Below the pieces are notes generated by a model. That model made no database searches and had not been told where the DNA came from. It worked only from the letters and a program-made list of their open reading frames with translations. A stretch of 64,000 nucleotides of DNA from Candidatus Bathyarchaeota archaeon (GTDB taxonomy: Archaea; Thermoproteota; Bathyarchaeia; 40CM-2-53-6): positions 30,439-94,438 of the forward strand of contig CAVPLU010000006.1 in the NCBI GenBank assembly GCA_963706285.1, read 5' to 3'. Made by a program: the position numbers and the translations under genes. The stretch's first letter is position 1, and every line of letters begins with the position of its first letter. Positions 32,309-40,448 of this stretch are shown here, in pieces.

Positions 32309-33361
32309 CTATCTCTTCGCGTTAGGGTTCCCTATTTTTTCGAGGATTGCTTCGCACATTTCGCTTGATTTTGCTTTTCCGCCTAGATCGTAAGTTAACG
32401 TTTTGCCCTCTCTCAGGACCTCAAGAATTGCTCTCTCAAGCTCGTGCGCTGAATCTTTCTCACCAACATACTCAAGAAGCATCTTGCCCGCAAATATTGT
32501 GGCAATTGGATTGACCTTGTCCTGTCCAGCGTATTTGGGGGCTGAACCATGAACTGGTTCAAACATGGCGTAGTTGTCTCCCATGTTGGCGCCTGAAACC
32601 ACGCCGAGTCCTCCGACAAGTTGTGCAGCCTCGTCGGACATTATGTCCCCGAAAAGGTTCGTTGTGACTATCACGTCGAAAGTCTCAGGTCGCTTTATGA
32701 GCTGTAAAGCCATGTTGTCTATGTAGTAGCTGTCGATCGCCACTTCTGGAAATTCTTTGCTTACACTCAATATGGCCTGGTTGAATATTCCGTCCGTACG
32801 TCTTAGAATGTTTGCCTTGTGGACGTACGAGAGGCGCTTGCGTCTTTGATTGGCAAGTTTGAAGGCGAATCGTGCCACTCTCTCACTGGCTTTCCGGCTG
32901 ATAACTCGCATCGCAACGGCGACGCCTTCGCCTACCTCGAACTCAATGTTGGAGTACAACCCTTCCGTATTTTCTCGCACAATCGTTAGGTCGATGTCCG
33001 GTTTCGCGGAAGGCACATTTGGGAGTGAAAGGCATGGTCTAACATTGGCATACAAATTGAACAATTTTCTGATTGTGAGGGCAGCGCTGGGTGGTGCTCC
33101 CGGCTTCTCGGGTGTAGTCATCGGACCCTTGAGGCAAGCAACCGTTGTTTTGAGCATGTCAATCGTTTGGGGTGGCACATTGGTTCCGTACTTTGCAATC
33201 GCGTCGACTCCCGCTTCGCCCCTGACAAGTTCGAGTTTGTAAGTTCCGGCCTTTTCTTGCACAGCCCCTAGTGCTCTTACGGTTATGTCTACTACTTCCG
33301 GACCTATGCCGTCCCCGGGAAGAATTGCCACTCTGTGAGTTCTCATGAAGGTCTCGTCCAT
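32309..33361 (-). CDS. icd: Isocitrate dehydrogenase (isocitrate/isopropylmalate family)
   Basis: 'GDGIGPE', 'RENTEG', 'NLFGDIMSD', 'FEPVHGSAP'; location between aconitase and citrate synthase favours IDH. Confidence 0.8.
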   Translation of the reverse strand: MDETFMRTHRVAILPGDGIGPEVVDITVRALGAVQEKAGTYKLELVRGEAGVDAIAKYGTNVPPQTIDMLKTTVACLKGPMTTPEKPGAPPSAALTIRKLFNLYANVRPCLSLPNVPSAKPDIDLTIVRENTEGLYSNIEFEVGEGVAVAMRVISRKASERVARFAFKLANQRRKRLSYVHKANILRRTDGIFNQAILSVSKEFPEVAIDSYYIDNMALQLIKRPETFDVIVTTNLFGDIMSDEAAQLVGGLGVVSGANMGDNYAMFEPVHGSAPKYAGQDKVNPIATIFAGKMLLEYVGEKDSAHELERAILEVLREGKTLTYDLGGKAKSSEMCEAILEKIGNPNAKR

Positions 33362-33367
33362 TGGACT

Positions 33368-35290
33368 CTACGATTTGGATTTTATGTAGTTTAGCAGTCC
33401 GCCGGCGACTAGAATATCTCTGAGTCTCTTAGTCAGAGTCAACTTGAATTCTACGGTATGGTTGTCTATCTGGGATCGCATGGTTAGGGCTTCGGACTGC
33501 AATGTTGGAGTCACGTTCTCGATTCTGATCTTGCTTCCGAGACTTACCTTCTCGTAGTCGTTCGCGTCCATGAATTCCAAGGGCAGTATGCCAAAATTGA
33601 TTAGATTTGATTTGTGAATGCGCGAGAACGACTTTGCAAGCACGGCTTTGACTCCAAGGTACATTGGAGCTAACGCGGCGTGTTCTCTGCTTGAACCTTG
33701 ACCGTAGTTGACGCCTCCGACTATGAATCCGCCGTTCTTTGCCTTTGCTCTCTGCACGAATTCTGGATCGGTCCAAGCAAAGACATATTCGCTTATGGCT
33801 GGGATGTTGCTGCGCAGTGGCAGAATTCTTGCGCCTGCTGGCATGATGGCGTCTGTGCTGACGTTGTCGCCGACTTTTATCAGAACCTCTCCGTCAAGCG
33901 TACCTTCCATGGGGCGCCTTCTGGGAAGAGGCTTGATGTTGGGGCCCCTTATGACTTCTATATTTGCGGGTTCTCTTGATGGCTGCAGAACCATCGAGTC
34001 GTCGATCACGAACTTTTCGGGCCATGCTATCGATGGATACGTGCCAAGCTTTCTCGGGTCAACTATTTCACCATAAAGTGCGGCGGCCGCGCAGGTTTCG
34101 GGACTGGCCAAGTAGACTGCGTCGTCTCTTGTGCCGCTTCTGCCAGGCCAGTTCCGATTGAAAGACCTGATTGATTTGGAGTTGGATGCCGGTGCAGAGC
34201 CCATGCCAATGCAGCCGTTGCAGGCGTTCTCGATAATTCTAGCACCGGCTGTTATTATGTCGTACAATGCTCCGGCTCTAGTTACCGTCTCAAGGACTTG
34301 TCTAGAACCGGGATTGACGTGGAGGTTGACGTTTGGGTGCACCTTCTTGCCTCTCAGAATGTGTGCAGTAATGAGTAGGTCTCGATAGTTGGAGTTGACA
34401 CAACTGCCGATGCAAGACTGCTGGATTGGTGTTCCCTCAACCTCGCGTATGGTCTTGATATTGTCAGGTGAGCCTGGAGCCGCAACTAGGGGTTCAAGTT
34501 TGCTGAGATCGATTTCCACGGTAGTATCATACACGGCATCTGGGTCGGCCGCGATGGGCTTCCAATCTTTGCTCCTTTCTTGCCTAGTGAAGAAGTCCTT
34601 TGTCACTTCATCGGACGGGAATATTGATGTCGTGGCTCCTAGTTCTGCTCCCATGTTGGTGATTGTAGATCGCTCAGGAACTGACAGATTCTTCACGCCT
34701 GGGCCGTAGTACTCGATTATTCTCCTCAAGCCGCCCCTCACGGTGAGTCTGCGTAACATCTCAAGAATGACATCCTTCGCCGTAACCCAGGGATTGAGTC
34801 TTCCAATCAGGCGTACTCCTACGATTTTTGGCATCTCAAAGTAGAAGGCTCCTCCGCCCATGGCTACAGCGACATCAAGTCCACCAACGCCGATAGCAAG
34901 CATTGCTGCTCCACCAGAAGTCGGCGTGTGGCTATCCGATCCCAACAGCACTTGGCCTGGGATTGAGAATCTTTCCAGGTTGACTTGGTGACAGATTCCA
35001 TTTCCGGGTTTGGAGAACCATATGCCGTATTTTGAACAGAAGCTTTGGAGGAACCTGTGGTCGTCCGGGTTCTCGAAACCCGTCTGCAGAATGTTGTGAT
35101 CGACGTAGGCTATGGCAAAGTCAATCTTTGGTTTGGGAATGTCCAAGGCCTCGAACTGCAAACAGGCCATCGTGCCTGTTGCATCTTGCATTAGTGCCCT
35201 ATCGACTTTGATGCCAATTTCTTGACCGGGCTCCATTCTGCCCTCTACAAGATGGGCTTTGATTATCTTTTCAGCAAGAGTACCTGTCAT
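33368..35290 (-). CDS. acn: Aconitate hydratase
   Basis: 'MQDATG', 'GICHQV', 'DSHT', 'GSCVN', 'CNGCIG', 'GQGSSREHA'. Confidence 0.92.
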   Translation of the reverse strand: MTGTLAEKIIKAHLVEGRMEPGQEIGIKVDRALMQDATGTMACLQFEALDIPKPKIDFAIAYVDHNILQTGFENPDDHRFLQSFCSKYGIWFSKPGNGICHQVNLERFSIPGQVLLGSDSHTPTSGGAAMLAIGVGGLDVAVAMGGGAFYFEMPKIVGVRLIGRLNPWVTAKDVILEMLRRLTVRGGLRRIIEYYGPGVKNLSVPERSTITNMGAELGATTSIFPSDEVTKDFFTRQERSKDWKPIAADPDAVYDTTVEIDLSKLEPLVAAPGSPDNIKTIREVEGTPIQQSCIGSCVNSNYRDLLITAHILRGKKVHPNVNLHVNPGSRQVLETVTRAGALYDIITAGARIIENACNGCIGMGSAPASNSKSIRSFNRNWPGRSGTRDDAVYLASPETCAAAALYGEIVDPRKLGTYPSIAWPEKFVIDDSMVLQPSREPANIEVIRGPNIKPLPRRRPMEGTLDGEVLIKVGDNVSTDAIMPAGARILPLRSNIPAISEYVFAWTDPEFVQRAKAKNGGFIVGGVNYGQGSSREHAALAPMYLGVKAVLAKSFSRIHKSNLINFGILPLEFMDANDYEKVSLGSKIRIENVTPTLQSEALTMRSQIDNHTVEFKLTLTKRLRDILVAGGLLNYIKSKS

Positions 35291-35297
35291 CTGTTTG

Positions 35298-35636
35298 TCA
35301 TTCTCCTTTTTGTGGTTTTAGAATATCCTTTTTCGTCACTTGAATTGGTCCACCACATTTTGGGCATCTCTGGGGCAAGGTCGCGATTGGGTGAAGCTCC
35401 ACCCTGTGCTGTTGGCAATTGCCGTCGAATTCTCTGAAGCTGATGTCGATGGATTGTATATCATTTCCTTCAGGACAAAGGAATAGTCTGTAGTATGCGA
35501 AATCTTCATTCAGATCTGAGAACGTCTGTCCTGGATCTTGGGTACCAATGAGCAGATCTGCTTTGTAGTTGCAGCGGGGGCAACCAATTTGCAGAAGCTC
35601 CAATTCGACCACCGCACTTTCATTTGACAAGTGCAA
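35298..35636 (-). CDS. Hypothetical Cys-rich (metal-binding) protein
   Basis: CPRC, C...CQQH and CPKC motifs; tightly packed within the operon. Confidence 0.65.
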   Translation of the reverse strand: MHLSNESAVVELELLQIGCPRCNYKADLLIGTQDPGQTFSDLNEDFAYYRLFLCPEGNDIQSIDISFREFDGNCQQHRVELHPIATLPQRCPKCGGPIQVTKKDILKPQKGE

Positions 35637-35645
35637 ATTGGAATG

Positions 35646-36987
35646 TCAGTGTCCTTTGTAAAGTATCTTTTCGTTGATGTCTTCGAGGTTGTTGCATGAT
35701 GTCATTATCATCGCCTTTCTAATGTCGGTCTTGATGTAGTCGAGGACCTTCCTTACGCCTTCTGCACCGTTTTCGAGCGCTAGCCTTGCCAATGGCCTTC
35801 CCACCAAAGCGAAGTCGGCACCTAATGCCAACAGTTTGACTGCATCGTATCCTGTCCTCACGGCACCGTCCGCCGTCAGCACAATTCTTCTGCCTCTCTC
35901 TGTTTCTCGTAATGCCTTCACAATAGCGGGCAAAACGTCAGCAACTCCTGGCGTTGAGTCTAGTACTCGTCCACCATGATTTGAAACGCCTATCGCGTCT
36001 ACTCCAGCCTCGAGCTGCCGCGAGTGCGTCCTCGACACACATGACTCCCTTGACCATGAATGGAAGATGTGTGGATTTCTTGAGTTCTCTTAGTTCGTCA
36101 ATGGTTTTTCTGAAGACTGGTTTGCCTACTCTTTCGAAGTTCACGGAGCCGGCGCCATCTATGTCCACGCCGACGGCGACTGCATTTTCTTTCTCGGACT
36201 GCTTGATCAGATCCAATATCGTCTCCTGCGACTGGGGTTTGAAGATGTTAACGCCGTGGCCTTGCACTCTCTTGAGTGCCTCTATTCCCGGGTGTATAGT
36301 GTAGTCTTTGGAGGTATGACCGGTGAGACCAATGGTACCAGCGGCTCTAGCTCCTTCCAGGATGCGGTAGGCAAATTCGCTTTCGGTGATGCTGCTCACA
36401 TAGCTTAGACCGCTCATCGACGATGCAAGCACAGGCATCTCGATCCTCTTCCCGAAGAAGGTGGTTTCGAGGACGGGTTCCCTGTGCTGTGATATCAGTC
36501 GGGTTTTCAGTTTGTATTTCGAAAGGGCATCGAAATTGTTCTTGAAACTGAGACCTGCGCCGATCCCTCGCAAACCCAAGGGCTTGCCATATTCCTCCGC
36601 AAAATCTAGTGGGCCTTGAGGAGTTTCGAGTCCGGCCAGCACTATCCCTCTTTGGGTCGGTCTCTCTTTCTCTTTCACTGGAACTTCTTCAGAGGTTGCA
36701 AGGAGGATTTGATCTCCTTCGACGTTTACTTGGAAAACAGGTTCAGGATTCTTGGCTGGTCCGTTCAGAACGTTGCCCGTCGTGACGTCAAAGAGCGCCC
36801 CATGGCAGGGGCATTCAACGGTTGCTCCGCTCAGTCTTCCACTTGAAAGCAAACACTCCTCGTGACTGCAAAGATTTCCAATGGCATAGTAGTTGCCGTC
36901 CAGATTGACGAGTAGGATCGACTTGTCGCCTAGCTGGATGGGAAGCATTTTTCCCGGTGCAAGGTCTTTCTTGGAAGCAACTGTCAC
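35646..36987 (-). CDS. Rieske ferredoxin domain fused to an FMN-dependent alpha-hydroxy acid dehydrogenase (frameshift near 36010)
   Basis: N-terminal 'CSH...CPCHG'; C-terminal FMN barrel 'KGVMC', 'VSNHGGRVLD', 'DGAVRTGYD..K.LALGA...GRP'. Confidence 0.85.
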
Positions 36988-37279
36988 GAATTTCAGTGCT
37001 AAGTGCCCCCAAAAATTTCATTGTGCAGACTGCTTACTGAAAGATAAAACAATTGTTCTTTGACTAGTTGTGAAAACTTCCAAGTTTCTTCGGTGATGAG
37101 TCTTACGGACGAGACTGATGGCTGAGATCGTGAAACATCCTATTACGAGAATCGATGCCAGACATGAACGCGGCAGGCAATCTAATCGATTTGATCGGAG
37201 TTTCCAGCTGGCTTCCTTACTTGAACAAGTAGGAGAAGTCCTCAAGTCAAATAAGCAACATTCGCTACTGGTCACAAGC

Positions 37280-38173
37280 ATGGCCTTGAAGAGCTGGCTT
37301 GAGGAGGCTAGACCGCAGTTCCTCCTTGCGTCGCTTGTATCTGTGTTTGTAGGAGTCTCTCTGGCCATGTACGAGGGCTTTCCCTTCAAATTGTTTGACT
37401 TCGCTCTCGCAACTACAGGAGCCTTGGTTGCCCACATTGGGATACATGCTTTCAACGATTATTCTGACTTCAATGACCGGCATAGATTTGAAAGTCCATC
37501 GAACCCCCTTCAGCGGTGGAAGCGGAGTACTTCCATCGGGAAAGTTGGAACCCATGCACGTCTACTATTTTGGCAGTGTCATGTCTTCTTGCATTGGTCA
37601 TGTATTGGCATCTATTTCATGGCGACCGTAGGATTGGCAATACTTCCAATTGGTCTTCTTGGAATTGCGATCGTGTACTTCTACACCAATCATCTGACGA
37701 GAGTTGGATTCGGTGAAATCGCCACCGCGGTCGGTTTCGGTGCATGGTCCGTCGGGACGTATTTCGTGCAAACTGGTCACTACAGCATGAGTCTACTGGC
37801 AGTGTCGGTGTTGCCCGGTCTCGAAGGAGTTTCACTTCTTCTTCTGAACGAGTTCCCCGATGTGGAGGCGGACAAATTGGGGGGTCGCCGCAATATTCCG
37901 CTGATATTCGGGATGAAATCCGCATCTAGGCTTTACTCTGTGCAGATCGCGTTCATGTTTGTCTGGCTGTTGATTCTAGTTTTGATGCGCATCCTGCCAG
38001 CCTCTGCATTGCTAGGTCTCATCATGCTCCCAGTTGGAATCAGAGTCATCTCACTGGCATCGAAGAACTATGGCAATCCGGAATCGCTGATGACCGCCTT
38101 GAAGCTGAATGTCATAGTGGTCTTGGCGCTACCTTTTCTGGTGTCTGCGGGCACGATCTTCGCCAGCATCTGA
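37280..38173 (+). CDS. UbiA/MenA-family prenyltransferase (compensating frameshifts ~37475-37590)
   Basis: 'ARP', 'FNDYSD', 'TPFSGGSG' in the alternative frame, 'NEFPDVEADKLGGRR'. Confidence 0.85.
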   Translation: MALKSWLEEARPQFLLASLVSVFVGVSLAMYEGFPFKLFDFALATTGALVAHIGIHAFNDYSDFNDRHRFESPSNPLQRWKRSTSIGKVGTHARLLFWQCHVFLHWSCIGIYFMATVGLAILPIGLLGIAIVYFYTNHLTRVGFGEIATAVGFGAWSVGTYFVQTGHYSMSLLAVSVLPGLEGVSLLLLNEFPDVEADKLGGRRNIPLIFGMKSASRLYSVQIAFMFVWLLILVLMRILPASALLGLIMLPVGIRVISLASKNYGNPESLMTALKLNVIVVLALPFLVSAGTIFASI

Positions 38174-38434
38174 GTTTCGGTCGCTAGACCATCCTTATTC
38201 TACTTTAGTTGGTCGCAGACTGGGTAGGTTCAATTGCAGAGTTACCGCGGATTTGATTCTCCATTTTTCGACGCATAGTACACTGGTCGATCACAGCTGT
38301 CGATGACGTTATGCGACCGCTGGAATTTGAACCGTCGGTTGGCGTCGTAATCTGTGTGTGTTAATGGTGCGAGCATCGCAAATTGGATCGTCGTTTGAGG
38401 TGGTGTGTGGGTAGGCTGGTGCGGGCAATAGAAA

Positions 38435-39330
38435 TTGAACCGTTTTCTAGAGAAACAGGCGATTGCCGCGCCATTGAAGGTTTCCAAACAGCGAACATTC
38501 AAATCGAGGAAATGTGTCTTCAGCGAAACAACAAAGAAATCAGAGAGTTCGCGCTTGACCATCTTGGTTCTAATGCCGGTTTACCAGGCTGGCCGGTATC
38601 TCGATCAGGTCCTATTCAAGTTGCGGAAGATGGACCCGCAGCCTGACCGGTATATCTTTGCTGAGAACAATTCAACCGACCGCACCCTTGAGATCCTAAC
38701 AGAATGCGCGGTCCAAAGGAGATTATACGAACATGGTACAGAGCAGACGCACGTGACTCCTTGGAGACCGAGTACGACTTGATCGGGATCGAACGGGAGC
38801 TCCTATTGACTAGAGCCCGGCAGTTGAGTCCGGACTTGGTGGTGTTCCTCGACTCGGACATCATGGTCCATGACGTGGATCTGCTGGATCGCCTGGCGTT
38901 CTGGAAGGATAAGGTAGACATTGTTGGAGGTTCGTACATGCGGGAGTATGCAGAGGGCCTATACATCGGATCCATCTGGCCTGCTCCGGCAGCTCTAGCA
39001 ACTCCTCAGAAACCTTTCGCGCTCTACAGGAGGCCGCAGAAATATCCATTGGACGATTCCGTAGCGGCAGTTGGAGGAGGCTGCATGTGCCTCACAGGGC
39101 GCGTCGTTCAAGATAGGCGTCTCCACTTCTATCCCGTAAAGCGGGATTATCCTTTCCCAGTATCGGAAGACTACGGATTCTGCCTACAGGCGAGAGATTG
39201 CGGATTCAAAGTCGGCCTTGACGGGACGGTGGACCTCAGTCACTGGTCTTCTGATGACCACTCTAGAGACAAAGCATGGGCCGTCAACAGAGAAGGCAAA
39301 CCTATGCCTTTCGCGTACGCCTCAAAATGA
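38435..39330 (+). CDS. Glycosyltransferase family 2-like protein (frameshift near 38700; start uncertain)
   Basis: 'VLMPVY', 'ENNSTD', 'FLDSD', 'GGGCM', 'SEDYGFC'. Confidence 0.72.
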
Positions 39331-39908
39331 CGATGGCCTAATGGTCTGACGTGTAGGACAGTTTTTGTGTGTGATTAGCGTGGTGCGGGTGTCGGAATTT
39401 GAACTTCGGTTTTGTGCGTCGGTACCTCGGAGCGGGGTGACCTGGGATTCAGATCTTCTTTGTTGTTTTCGTGTTGAGTAGAGGTTGCAGCTCGGGTTTC
39501 TTGTCATATAGTATGCGAGAATTGGGTTTCTCAGTTCGGCCGGCAGCGTATTCAGATAACTCCACACTATGCTTATCACACATTCAGAATCATTCGTAGA
39601 ACGGAATCTGCCGTCATTTAAGGGCCCGAGAATCAAATGGAATCAAATGAGATACGGCTGCTAACAGGCATCAAATCAAGTAGGATGAAATAACATCGAA
39701 TGAAATCAAGTCAGGAAGACCTTTACCGGCGCAAACGAATTTGCACGTGCACAGACATACCAAGGTGTCGGACAAAGTCGGATATTGCGACTCAGAATGA
39801 GCGTTTCTGGGTCGTTGCAGGGTCACTAGACGACAAATGGCAATAAACCCGCCCACCAAAACCGAACACAACAAGGACTATGCGAAAAGAGAATCGTATT
39901 CATAAAAG

Positions 39909-40061
39909 TGCGGGGGGTGGGATTCGAACCCACGAAGGCCTACGCCACAGGATCTCTTATCCCAAGGCGGATCTTAAGTGTGGCACGACTCGAAGGGTCG
40001 TCCTGCCCCTTTGACCTGAATCCCGCCCTTAATGCCGCGCACGGGTCTCGGGAACCCCCGC
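39909..40061 (-). tRNA. tRNA-Leu(UAA) with three BHB introns (15/16: 40046-40020; 30/31: 40001-39980; 37/38: 39972-39954)
   Basis: Spliced: GCGGGGGTTCCCGAG|TCAGGTCAAAGGGGCAGG|ACTTAAG|ATCCTGTGGCGTAGGCCTTCGTGGGTTCGAATCCCACCCCCCGCA; complete cloverleaf with a long variable arm. Confidence 0.92.
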
Positions 40062-40150
40062 TCGATACCTGCTAAGCCACGGTTTGGCTAAAAACTTGTG
40101 ATGCAGAATGCTTGCCTGTGAGAGTGGTTCACACAACACATGATCGAGCA

Positions 40151-40160
40151 AACTATATGA
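40151..40160 (+). promoter_or_regulatory. Putative TATA box of tRNA-Arg(CCU)
   Basis: 'AACTATATGA' about 30 nt upstream of the tRNA 5' end at 40186. Confidence 0.45.
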
Positions 40161-40185
40161 TGGCATGAAGGGTACTCTCGCCGGA

Positions 40186-40355
40186 GGGCCCGTGGCGCAG
40201 TCTCGCAGGTTGACGCCTGTGAGGCGAAATACGGACAGCGCGGCAGATAGGTCCCTTGGGCTAGCCGAGCCTCCTAAGTGAACCGCGGAATCAGCTGTAG
40301 AGTGCGCCGAAAACGCACGCAAAAGTCCGGGGTTCAAATCCCCGCGGGCCCGCCA
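40186..40355 (+). tRNA. tRNA-Arg(CCU) with four BHB introns (15/16: 40201-40229; 30/31: 40247-40269; 37/38: 40277-40292; 45/46: 40301-40324); CCA encoded
   Basis: Spliced: GGGCCCGTGGCGCAG|TACGGACAGCGCGGCAG|CCTCCTA|AGCTGTAG|GTCCGGGGTTCAAATCCCCGCGGGCCCGCCA; all four stems pair and A20 is present. Confidence 0.9.
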
Positions 40356-40448
40356 AACATCCTAGTCAGGCCGTACTATATAGACACAGAAAACCTATGT
40401 CTATGTCACATCTCCTTCCCGCGTCGGAATCCATTGAGGATGGCATAG

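Noticed and set aside
39630-39714. CRISPR array or iteron origin
   Set aside because: Units are 5-10 nt and degenerate with no spacers; no cas or rep genes in the window
40029-40337. 102-aa minus-strand ORF
   Set aside because: Overlaps two tRNA genes; spurious
39909-40355. Split (trans-spliced) or permuted tRNAs
   Set aside because: All exons are colinear within single genes; cis-splicing explains them fully
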